From positions 17,824 through 81,823 of the IMG/VR virus record IMGVR_UViG_3300033156_000439: a stretch of DNA of 64,000 bases; one strand, written 5' to 3'. The translations under genes were made by a program, and so were the position numbers. Source of the DNA: a virus. Under the pieces are notes generated by a model. The model worked only from the letters and a program-made list of their open reading frames with translations. It was not told the origin of the DNA and did not search any database. Every line of letters starts with the position of its first letter. Position 1 is the stretch's first letter. This document shows, piece after piece, positions 39,550 through 48,800 of this stretch.

Positions 39550-40461
39550 ATGTTAGATAAGGAAGAAATAAAAAACTTAACAAAGAAAAGTATGGAGAAG
39601 GCTTATCTCCCAGTGCCTTCTCATGGGGGACTCAAGACTGCAAAGTTCACTCTTGAGGACGTCCAAAGATGTTTTAGGCAGCCCGCTCTTCTTCGAGACC
39701 TCGTATATTTGGTTGGAGGAGTAGCGGTTCACGGCAAGGGTAACGATGTGGACTTAGTAATACGTGGAGATGACTTATCGGAACCTCAACGTGAAGCTCT
39801 TTTGTTCCGTCTTTATCGAGCATTTGGTGATTACTTCAATATACCTTACGATATGACACCTAAGCATTTACACGTAACCTTCAACAACTATGGTCCTTTT
39901 ACAGACCACGTTCTCTTATATCACTTAGCAATTGTTCCTTCTGAAGACCGAAGTGTCCACGAAATGGAAGCCATGAAGTCCGTATCCTCCAATGGTGAAT
40001 GGATAGTTTATGGTTATGGTTCGATAGACGCAATTGACCTTGAAGGTGATGAAATAACCATTGATGCTCTCAAAGGCATGTGGGAGGAAATGCAAAAGAC
40101 CCCGAAGAAGTACTGGAATGTCATGAATGAACATGGTGGTGTACAAGTAGGAGAAATCCTCCCAGAGTGGAATGGGCTCAAAACTCACGTTGACGAAAAA
40201 GGGTTCTTTGTAATAGTGAAGCTCCGTAAGGATATAGACGCAGCACGAAGGATATGGGAAGCAATTCATTCTGACAATGAAGCAGAACGTATCAAGAGTT
40301 TCTCAATTCACATTGAGTATCCTGGAGGTGTGCAAAATTGTACAGAAAAGGTCTGTGACAAAAACAGATGTTGGCGTAAGATAACCAAGGCAAGATTCCT
40401 TGAGTTGAGTTTCACAAGAAATCCTGCTAATCCGTTATGTATTTTTAAACCCGCGTTCTAA
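39550..40461 (+). CDS. Nucleotidyltransferase-like domain fused to capsid maturation protease 2 (HK97-type)
   Basis: N-term YLVGGVAVHGKGNDVDLVI (Pol-beta NTase motif); C-term VYGYGS..DLEGDEI, NEH..VG, KSFSI and ELSFTRNPANP. Confidence 0.8.
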   Translation: MLDKEEIKNLTKKSMEKAYLPVPSHGGLKTAKFTLEDVQRCFRQPALLRDLVYLVGGVAVHGKGNDVDLVIRGDDLSEPQREALLFRLYRAFGDYFNIPYDMTPKHLHVTFNNYGPFTDHVLLYHLAIVPSEDRSVHEMEAMKSVSSNGEWIVYGYGSIDAIDLEGDEITIDALKGMWEEMQKTPKKYWNVMNEHGGVQVGEILPEWNGLKTHVDEKGFFVIVKLRKDIDAARRIWEAIHSDNEAERIKSFSIHIEYPGGVQNCTEKVCDKNRCWRKITKARFLELSFTRNPANPLCIFKPAF

Positions 40462-40482
40462 CTCTAACATTTAAAATTAAAG

Positions 40483-40737
40483 GTGAGCGAGATGCAAGAG
40501 CTTTATATAGGAGAGAAACCTTATGACAATTATTTAAGGGCACTTGGAGATTCCCAGAGTGTTAGCGTGTTGGCAAGAGGCAAAAATATCAAGAAGGCAA
40601 TAGATGTAGCACTCATGGCTCAGAGGCTAAGTCAGTTTGAAATTAGGAATGTGGTTCTTTACGATGAGAAGATGACAAGTGATGATGGTGAACGTGAATA
40701 TTATGTTAGTGCAATAAGGATAGACTTAAGTCGTTAA
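40483..40737 (+). CDS. albA: Alba DNA/RNA-binding chromatin protein
   Basis: YIGEKPYDNYL, VLARGKNIKKAIDVA and VSAIRIDL match the Alba signature. Confidence 0.9.
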   Translation: MSEMQELYIGEKPYDNYLRALGDSQSVSVLARGKNIKKAIDVALMAQRLSQFEIRNVVLYDEKMTSDDGEREYYVSAIRIDLSR

Positions 40738-40760
40738 TTATATTATAGAATATAGAGGAA

Positions 40761-41396
40761 TTGAAAATGGCAACTCAAGAAGAGGAGTTTGAGGAATTCT
40801 TTAAAGAATTGGAAGAGTCGATGAAAGAGGATGCAGAGAACGAGGAAGAGAAGTCAGAGGAGGAACCGACTGAGGGTGAGAGTGAGGGTGAAAAAGCTCT
40901 TACAAAGGCAGATGTGATTAAGATAGTCAGGGACGAAATAAAGACATTTTGGAAAGGTGTCTTAAAGGGCAAATACCCACTTCCAGCAAAGTATCCCTAC
41001 GCCAAGTATCCATACGCAAAGTATCCCTACGCCAAGTATCCTGCTCCAGCTTCAAAGAAGAGCTTAGACGAAGGAGACTTCGTACCAATGTATCCCGCGT
41101 TTGTGGTAGTTCCACAGATGCAGATGCAGACAGATAGTACAAAGAGTAAGGATGTGAAAATTGATTCGACTGAGCAGAAGAATGCACAGACAGACAGCAC
41201 AAAGGATGATGGAAAGGATGACATAATCGAAGAGCAGAAGTCGCAGATAGAAGAGCTCAAAAAGACAGTAGAGGATCTTCAGAAGAAACTCGAAGAGATT
41301 AGTGCTCAGCCAGCTCCTGAGAAAGAGGAGGATGAGGCCAAACCCGATTACGTCTCAGACGTCCTAATTGATGGTGATACAATATCTCGACCTTAA
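40761..41396 (+). CDS. Putative capsid scaffolding protein
   Basis: Acidic, coiled-coil C-term, KYPYA repeats; lies between protease 2 and the decoration/MCP2 genes. Confidence 0.65.
   Translation: MKMATQEEEFEEFFKELEESMKEDAENEEEKSEEEPTEGESEGEKALTKADVIKIVRDEIKTFWKGVLKGKYPLPAKYPYAKYPYAKYPYAKYPAPASKKSLDEGDFVPMYPAFVVVPQMQMQTDSTKSKDVKIDSTEQKNAQTDSTKDDGKDDIIEEQKSQIEELKKTVEDLQKKLEEISAQPAPEKEEDEAKPDYVSDVLIDGDTISRP
40986..41042 (+). repeat. 15-bp tandem repeat encoding (AKYPY)n
   Basis: gcaaagtatccctac gccaagtatccatac gcaaagtatccctac gccaagtatcct. Confidence 0.9.
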
Positions 41397-41570
41397 ATAT
41401 CTCTAAGACAATTCTCAAATTTTACACCATTTGCACATATTTGCGTCTGAGTGCAATTTTACCGTTAAGCATGATAAATTATTCATGGACTTACTTTCAT
41501 TCGCATATAGCGCATATCTGTGCATCTGGTAACATTTCTATTTAAAAGTTTGAAATGAGGTAAATTAAAA

Positions 41571-41975
41571 ATGGCTGAAGTTGAAGATGTGGTTGCTGGT
41601 GCACCAGTCATAGTGACATTCTTGGCTGGTGCAGACATTGAGGCAGGACAGGTGGTGGGCTATGATGTGAGTGCTTCTCCTGATGATATGACCGTCTCTC
41701 CTGCATTACAGGATGGGTATGACACGATACCTGTTGGCGTCGCAGTAGATTCAGTGGCGGAGGATGACCCCGTGCCAGTGGCTATTCCGCCCTCGATAGT
41801 GAGGGTAAGAGCATCAAGTAATGTAACTGCTGGTCAGTTGGTACAGCTCAATGAGAGTGACGCAGGTCAGGTTGAACCTTACAACTCGGGTGATAACACT
41901 TGGGCATTAGGTCAGGCATTAGAAGATATAACTGCAGACTCGACTGGTAGAGTGAGGTTACTCCTCACAAAATAA
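41571..41975 (+). CDS. Capsid decoration/cement protein (DUF2190-like)
   Basis: AGADIEAGQVV, PVGVA, VTAGQLV and LGQALE; immediately upstream of MCP2. Confidence 0.75.
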   Translation: MAEVEDVVAGAPVIVTFLAGADIEAGQVVGYDVSASPDDMTVSPALQDGYDTIPVGVAVDSVAEDDPVPVAIPPSIVRVRASSNVTAGQLVQLNESDAGQVEPYNSGDNTWALGQALEDITADSTGRVRLLLTK

Positions 41976-42011
41976 ATACCTCTATATTAAATTAAAAGAA
42001 GGTAAAGAAAA

Positions 42012-42998
42012 ATGGGTGATTTTGCAAACTTACTCCGGATTGTTAAGGCTGGTGATGATGCTAATCAGAAAAGCTACTGGATGAAAAGACTCAGTAAGGG
42101 TACTCACGAATTGATGCAGGCTTACAACGTGACTGCTGAGCACCTTGTTCGAGAGGAATTATACAAAGAGGTGCTACGTGGCGCTGAGGAAGTGCTCTGT
42201 ATGAGAGAGGTTCTCCCAATTTACAGAATGAAGAGGAATGAACTCAGGTTCGTTCTCACAGATGCTCCAACTGGTATGCTTCCACTTGTAGCACCTGGTT
42301 CAAGCCTTCCTGAGGGTCCAGACGTCAAGTTCAAGAGTGATGTTACATTTGTGGCTCAGAAATATGGTGAGAAAGTTGGCATCCCAGAGGAACTCATAGA
42401 GGAGGAAGAGTTCGATGTGATAGAGCTATTAGTTCACAACGAGGGTCGTCGGGCAGAGAACCGACTAAATGACGTAGCAATGAAGGCGCTATTAAACGCA
42501 AAGAGCAGTGTAGAGAGTACAGACAATGTTTCAATAATAGATAGGATAGTGGCAATGGTAAAGAAAATGCGAAAGAACAAGTTTGAACCAGATACCATCG
42601 TAATGACTCCAGACGCGGAGGCAGAGATACTCAAGTATATGGTGGGTGAAACAAAGGTAGCAAATACAACTGGCGAGGCTGGTTATGGCAAAACTGGTGT
42701 TCCAGAGGTATTCAGGACCAAAGAGATAGGCAGACCAATAGTTGGTCTTAAGCCATACGTGTTGTCAAAGGAGGTAGCTGGTGATTCCCTGAGTTGGGGT
42801 GGTGATGATACCAATGCACACATCTGCATCCTTGATAGAAGGATGGCGGGTGGTATTGGTATGAGAAGCGATATAGCAATAAAGAGGTTCGAGGACCCAC
42901 TTAACGACTTGAGAAACCTGAAGATTACTATGAGAATATGTGCAGAGACATTCTTTGCTAATGCGATTGAACTGGGTGACATAGCGAGCCTCTTGTAA
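42012..42998 (+). CDS. HK97-fold major capsid protein 2
   Basis: KYGEKVGIPEELIEEEEFDVIE, PDTIVMTP and DIAIKRFEDPLNDLRNLKITMR. Confidence 0.85.
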   Translation: MGDFANLLRIVKAGDDANQKSYWMKRLSKGTHELMQAYNVTAEHLVREELYKEVLRGAEEVLCMREVLPIYRMKRNELRFVLTDAPTGMLPLVAPGSSLPEGPDVKFKSDVTFVAQKYGEKVGIPEELIEEEEFDVIELLVHNEGRRAENRLNDVAMKALLNAKSSVESTDNVSIIDRIVAMVKKMRKNKFEPDTIVMTPDAEAEILKYMVGETKVANTTGEAGYGKTGVPEVFRTKEIGRPIVGLKPYVLSKEVAGDSLSWGGDDTNAHICILDRRMAGGIGMRSDIAIKRFEDPLNDLRNLKITMRICAETFFANAIELGDIASLL

Positions 42999-43073
42999 AC
43001 GTAAACTTATATTTCTATTCTTCCTTTTGTTCACTGTTTCAGATTTTTACTAATATTCGAGGAGTAATCGCAA

Positions 43074-43229
43074 ATGTTAGGATTATCATTGATAATAGTA
43101 GGGGTAATAGGGGTTTGGGCTGCTGTAATAATGGAGATAAAGACTCACGCGGATTTGTGGGAAATCCTCATGAAGGTATTTCCAACGTTCTTTGGTGTAG
43201 GTACATTTCTATACTCAATAGGACGTTAG
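43074..43229 (+). CDS. Small two-TM membrane protein (51 aa)
   Basis: Manual: MLGLSLIIVGVIGVWAAVIMEIKTHADLWEILMKVFPTFFGVGTFLYSIGR, with GAGGAG RBS. Confidence 0.5.
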   Translation: MLGLSLIIVGVIGVWAAVIMEIKTHADLWEILMKVFPTFFGVGTFLYSIGR

Positions 43230-43232
43230 GAT

Positions 43233-43403
43233 ATGTGGAGTAAAAAACATTGGCATAAGGAATACTTCGAAATAATAAACAAGGGCTCAATAGATAAGGA
43301 CAGCGTATCAGACTGGGAGTACGAGTGGGCAGGTCTCTCATTCCCAGATGGTTATCATCCACGTAGAATACTTGTAGGTGGACGATTAGATTACAAACCA
43401 TGA
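43233..43403 (+). CDS. Small hypothetical protein (56 aa)
   Basis: Manual: MWSKKHWHKEYFEIINKG...RLDYKP; ATGA overlap with 43400. Confidence 0.5.
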   Translation: MWSKKHWHKEYFEIINKGSIDKDSVSDWEYEWAGLSFPDGYHPRRILVGGRLDYKP

Positions 43404-43906
43404 TTAATCCTACAATTTCTTTCAAGACGGACAAACTGAAAATATTGGGAAAGGATAAAGAATTAGCTTCTCACTTACACACTGCGAGTGAGAAGTCTCT
43501 CACTATAATGTTGAGAACACTCCGTCGAAATTGTCCTGTGGGCAAAAGACCTGCCAGAGAAACTCACCCCGGTGAACCTCGAATGAAGAATGCCATCTTT
43601 GCTAAGAGATATAGAGAACCCGGATTATTTGGTGGAAGCGTTTACATAGACACCAAGATTTGTCCCCACGCGTATTACTACACTTATGGTCGAAGAGGTG
43701 GTACTTTGATATTTCCTAAACAGAAAAAAGCTCTTACAATTGTGAAACATTGGATGACCAAGTCAGAAGCACCATTACGTAAGTGGTCCCGATTGGGTAG
43801 TATGAGAGGACATACAGAGTATCTTCAAAAGACAGTAACTGAGGTCCAACCAAAAATACGTAGCCTATTTAGAGGAGCTGTCAAAGTTTGGATAGGTGAG
43901 TTATAA
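43400..43906 (+). CDS. Neck/tail-completion protein (HK97 gp10-like)
   Basis: Basic protein with CPV..PHAYYYTYG..IFPKQKKAL; position after MCP. Confidence 0.6.
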   Translation: MINPTISFKTDKLKILGKDKELASHLHTASEKSLTIMLRTLRRNCPVGKRPARETHPGEPRMKNAIFAKRYREPGLFGGSVYIDTKICPHAYYYTYGRRGGTLIFPKQKKALTIVKHWMTKSEAPLRKWSRLGSMRGHTEYLQKTVTEVQPKIRSLFRGAVKVWIGEL

Positions 43907-44236
43907 ATGTACGGAAACATTAGAAACCTGAAGCGTCTTTTGGAAATTCCAGAGAATGATGTCACCTACGATTCAACCCTTGAGTATCTTCTTGATCAAG
44001 CCAATGTTTGGTTGAGTACAAGAGAGAGCGTGACTCTTGATGATGATATTAAAAATTCAGCTTGTGAATTCTTCGCAGCTTATCTTTATCGTAGTAGAGC
44101 AGAAATGTTATCTCCCTCAGGTGAAATAAGTGGAGTTGCCTCTCAGTATAAACAGATAGCCAATCAACTCATTGACAGTGGAATAAAACAAGCTACTAAA
44201 GATAGAGACTTTGCATTTAAGAAGGTGAATGAATAA
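43907..44236 (+). CDS. Head-tail adaptor
   Basis: YGNIRNLKRLL..D..LEYLLDQA..ACEFFAAYLY, gp6/gp15-like pattern. Confidence 0.65.
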   Translation: MYGNIRNLKRLLEIPENDVTYDSTLEYLLDQANVWLSTRESVTLDDDIKNSACEFFAAYLYRSRAEMLSPSGEISGVASQYKQIANQLIDSGIKQATKDRDFAFKKVNE

Positions 44237-44667
44237 TGTTCATAGAAGGCGGAAAGAAATATTTGGATGTGATAGTAGATTGCATAAGAGAAGAACTCGA
44301 TAGTGCAAACAAAAACATTCCGGTATTTGTCCAACATTTCCTCAGACCCTCTGATACTGGACGGGTGCCGTTTATATCAGTAATTCTCGATAGGATTGAT
44401 AGAAATTCTACCACCATTGGACGGGCACTTCAACTCGCTAATATTTACTATCTCATAACTCTGGTAGAAAAATACAAAGAAGAAACACTCTTTACAGACC
44501 TTCCTACGATAGAGGACGCCTTGATGAAAGTTCAAGGTAGACTTCCACAGGAAACCGAGAGTGCTTCCATAATTTCCATAGAGGTTGCTTATGAAGAGAT
44601 AGGCAACTTAGTTCTTCAAGCTTCTCAAATTTCTTTTGTGGTAGAAGCTACTTTAGAATACTCTTAA
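44236..44667 (+). CDS. Putative tail terminator
   Basis: Size, position before the tail tube gene, PFISV motif. Confidence 0.55.
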   Translation: MFIEGGKKYLDVIVDCIREELDSANKNIPVFVQHFLRPSDTGRVPFISVILDRIDRNSTTIGRALQLANIYYLITLVEKYKEETLFTDLPTIEDALMKVQGRLPQETESASIISIEVAYEEIGNLVLQASQISFVVEATLEYS

Positions 44668-44700
44668 TAGTTTTATGAATAAATTAAAAGGAGAGTTAAA

Positions 44701-45171
44701 ATGCCAACTCCGATTAAAGGTTGGAAAGGTGAAGTCCGCATTATAGGTGCAGATGATAACAACTCGTGGTTCGACGCTGCTCCTGATCCTCTTTTAGAAC
44801 GAAGCCCATTGAGTACGTCAGTGCCTACTGACAAAGTATATGTGATAGGTAAGAAGAGTCCTGTTGCCATATTGGAAGGTGAGCAGGAGATTACAGGTAC
44901 AGTAGAGAGGGCGTTCTTTGATAATGAGTCTGCAAATTACGTTGCTATGGTTGGCGGAGAGCTGAAGAGGCTCACAGATTTGGCTGGTGTAACAGAGACT
45001 GAGATGATTGAGTGTAAGATGAGGATACGACCAAATGAGTCCTTTGATATTCTGCCAGGTTACATCCTAAAGGGTGTGAAGTTCTCAGACTGGGGTCTTG
45101 ATATGGCTGCTGGTGACATGACAAAAGAGCACGCAGACTACTCGGCAACAGATGTTGAGAAGGAAGAATAA
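44701..45171 (+). CDS. Major tail tube protein
   Basis: Acidic beta-rich 156 aa protein with EITGTVERAF and LKGVKFSDW; upstream of chaperone and tape measure. Confidence 0.7.
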   Translation: MPTPIKGWKGEVRIIGADDNNSWFDAAPDPLLERSPLSTSVPTDKVYVIGKKSPVAILEGEQEITGTVERAFFDNESANYVAMVGGELKRLTDLAGVTETEMIECKMRIRPNESFDILPGYILKGVKFSDWGLDMAAGDMTKEHADYSATDVEKEE

Positions 45172-45230
45172 GCGTAAATTAATATTTCTATTACTTTTCT
45201 TTTCTTGTTATTAAAAGGAGGCTAAAAGCT

Positions 45231-45620
45231 ATGAGCGAAATGAATTTGGAAGAATACCTGAAGAGGCAGAGAGAGGTGGAAGAGATAGCTTTACCTTCGG
45301 GTCTTAAGGTCAAAATACGAAAGCGTCTTTCACCATTACGCTGTCTAAAGATATTGGGAAAAGCTAATGTGAGCTGGGATGAGATGGGTCCTGGTCTCTC
45401 CATAGATAAGTATAATGCGTTTTGTGAAATAGGCTTTTCTGAACTTCTTGTTGAACCTAAAGTTCCCGAAGATATAGCAGCCGAAGACTTTGAGGATAAA
45501 GACTTTAGTGAACTTCACAAGATACTCATTCGAAACTTCCAAGGTAATATCGAAGAGGACGTAAAAGGGTTAGGACCCAAGGAGTTAGATAACAAGGATT
45601 TTACTACACCGTCCGAGTAA
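45231..45620 (+). CDS. Tail assembly chaperone (G-like)
   Basis: Between tail tube and tape measure; LPSGLKVKIR; slippery site at its 3' end. Confidence 0.75.
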   Translation: MSEMNLEEYLKRQREVEEIALPSGLKVKIRKRLSPLRCLKILGKANVSWDEMGPGLSIDKYNAFCEIGFSELLVEPKVPEDIAAEDFEDKDFSELHKILIRNFQGNIEEDVKGLGPKELDNKDFTTPSE

Positions 45621-45817
45621 TCTCGGAGAAATGTCACGTCAGACCATCGGATATTCTCGATCCTTATGACGAACTTCCATTTATAGATAAAATTAAATTA
45701 GATATTGCTGTGCTCACCTCCCGGACCAAGGAGGCGAGTAAGACTATGTCGCCTCAAGACGCTGAGGCCTATTTAGAACAACTGAAGATTAAGAAGAAAA
45801 TTGGTAGAAAAAATTGA
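45596..45817 (+). other. Predicted -1 ribosomal frameshift site and GT-like extension
   Basis: G GAT TTT (45596-45602), hairpin TCCGAG-TAAT-CTCGGA (45612-45627); -1 frame open to TGA 45817: YYTVRVISEKCHVRPSDILDP..LDIAVL.. Confidence 0.75.
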
Positions 45818-48800
45818 AGTTGTATTGGAAGGAGTAGACCGAACACAACAGGCGTTCGCTACTTTCCGTAAGAATTTAGAGAGCTCAGTTAGCGAACTGA
45901 GGAAGGCAAGAGCGGATATATTCGCGTATAGTGCAAGCTTGAAAAATGCCATACAATGGCAACAGATGAGTGCTAAGGAGTATGTCAAAGTAACCTCTCA
46001 ACTTAGACAGTACGATAAATACGTTACGAGATTGACAACCGAGATACCAAAGAATCAACAGGAGCAGGCTCGATGGGTTAAGTCTATAAAAGAAGGACTC
46101 AGTCCCATACGACAGTATATCACCAATTATGAGGATATTGCTCCACTATTGGATAAGGTTGCAGGTAGAGCTCTTAAATATAACAATACCCTCATAGAAA
46201 CAACCGGATTTACAAAGAAGGGGTCTCAATACGTGGAAACTTTGTCCAGTAGATTTCGACGATTAGCTCGTTCCTTCTCAGAGGCTCAAGGTCCCCTTTA
46301 CAAATGGGGACGAGTATTTAACCATTACTTGCCTATCATATTCGTAGGTGTATACGCATTCCGGAATTTAGAACAAAAACTTGAACAAATAACTAAAGCC
46401 TTTGCTGATTTCGAATCTCAACTTGTGGTAGTAGAAAGGACAACAGGAATGGCTCACGATACGGTCGAGCGACTCGGTAAAATCTTCCTCACTCTCGGAG
46501 AACAACTACCTGTGCCTCTTGAAGGGTTAGAGGATATAGCTATCACAGCGGGACGATTAGGAATACGAGGAGAAGCTAACATCCTTGCCTTCACTGATGC
46601 TATAGTCAAGATGTCTAATGCAACTGTGCTTTCTGCCGACTCAGCTTCCAATGCTCTCGCACGTATAGCAAATGCTATGGGAATACCCATCCCTTATGTT
46701 GAGAACCTTGGTTCGAGTATAGACATCTTGGCAAACACATCTGCTGCTAATGCTGAACAGATAGCAACAGTCATGAGAAAGGCTGCTGGTGCAGCTAAAA
46801 CTATGGAACTCCCAGCTTCTGCTCTGGCTGCAATGGGTGCAACTCTTGTGGAAAGTGGTGAAGAGGCAGCACGAGCTGGTACCAGAATTTCGAGAGCTTT
46901 AGTGTATGCTTCAACAAAGACTGGAGTAATGGCAAGACAAATGGGACTCTCAGTAAAAGAACTCAGGAAGAGGATGGAGGAGGATATGCTTGGAGTACTT
47001 CTTGACTATCTAAAGATGCTTAAAGACACTCCTTCCAAGGTAGAACGTCTTTCAAAGGCGCATGAAGTCTTTGGTATGATAGGTACCAAGGCAATAGTAA
47101 AACTCGCAAACAATTATGATTCATTAGCAAAACATATCAAAGATGCTCAAGATGATATGGTGTACAACATTACTCTCGAAAAAGAGTATGCAAAGACTCT
47201 TGATACTACAGCAGCCAAGATGCAAATGTTGGATAACGCGATAGAAAGACAGAGAATTATCTTAGGTGAGAAACTCGCTCCGGTATATTTCAAAATGAAA
47301 GAGATAGTTCTTGCTTTCTATAAAGTTTTAGCAGGACCTGAACCAGTGGAATATGGAAACATAATACTGTCTCTCAGTGAAAACTTAGAAAAAATGCTTG
47401 CGCCCAGCAAGTCTCTGTTGGCTATTTCGGAAAAACAAATTTCCTTATTCGAGAAATCCTTAGAAGACTTGCCTCACCTGATTGGTTATGAAGATGCTTA
47501 CGCCAAGCTCTTAGGCGCCACCTCCGAATATCAATTCTTGGGATATACCAGAGCAAAGTTACGTTACGATCAGATACTCAAGGAGAGAGAGGTTATTGAT
47601 AAATCAAACAAAACTCTGAAACATCACGTTAAGGCGCTAATTGAGGATGCTGCTTTCGCTGGAAGCTCCGCTATCCAACACGCATATCTCAACAGGGTTA
47701 TACAAGATGCCATACATTTCGTGTCTCGTTACGAAACTGGAATTGAAGGCTTAAATAGAGCGAAGGATACTTTATTGAATCTCACGTTAAAGGGTATAGG
47801 CATTCAAGAAACTTGGAACAATGTTCACATGCAAGAGATCAAGAATATTGAAAAGGAGGTTAAGGCTCACCACGGCTCTGTTGTGGAATTTCTTGCGAGA
47901 GCTGATGCTGTCAAAGAAGGTGCTTTTTCTCAAATAGTATTTAACGACGTTCTCAATAGAGGAATGCGAGTGCTCGCAAAATATTCTCCTTCTATGAAAC
48001 GAGCAGTTTCCCTCGCTGCCTCTCTAACTAAGGTTCTTATTGAGGAGGGATTAGCGTCTGACAAGCTTAAAAATGTGTGGGAAGAACTTGGCGAGCTGTT
48101 AGAACAGCGAATGAGGCTCTCTACCGAACTGTCTCAAATTGAACTTCAGTGGAATGCTATTACGCAAGATAAATCAAATCTTGAGTCCCAACTTTCTGAG
48201 ATATTTGAAGATCAATTAGAGATCATTGGCAGATTGTTAGAAGGTAGTGATAGTCTCGCTGAGTCTTATTTCATCCTCAATGATGCTCTTCAGTATCTCA
48301 ATGGAGAGTATCCAACTTTCGAATCTCTCACAAGAGGCATATTAGCAACCATAAATGGGACTATAGTACCCATTAAAGCGTTAGACCTGGGCATAATAAG
48401 ACTGAGTAATATTTTGCCTTCTAAGTACTTTAGTGTTCTTGACGTCCTTCTTGAAAAACATAAGCAGATAGTGGAGAGTTATGAAGAACTAAATGCAGCC
48501 GAACTCGAGTACGGTCCCGGCAGTGAAGAGGTTGTAAAAGCAAGAACTAAAGTGCGAACTAGCATAGAGGAATATAGCAAGTCTTTATCTGACTTCACTC
48601 CTGTATTAATAGAACTGAACAAAAAGGAAAGAGAATGGGGTCTCACGGAGAGTGAGCGGTATAAACAAATTAAGGATGCCGCAATTCTTAATAAAGAAGA
48701 ACTTGAAGTTTATAAAGACTCCATAGACGCTACTTCACAATATTACAGTAACTTAGATCGAATACATGAGATTCGTCAAGAAATACTTTCCCTCTCTGGT

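Noticed and set aside
39550-39960. NTase domain as the AbiEii toxin partner of the AbiEi gene
   Set aside because: It is 35 kb away, fused to a capsid protease, and resembles a minimal Pol-beta NTase rather than AbiEii
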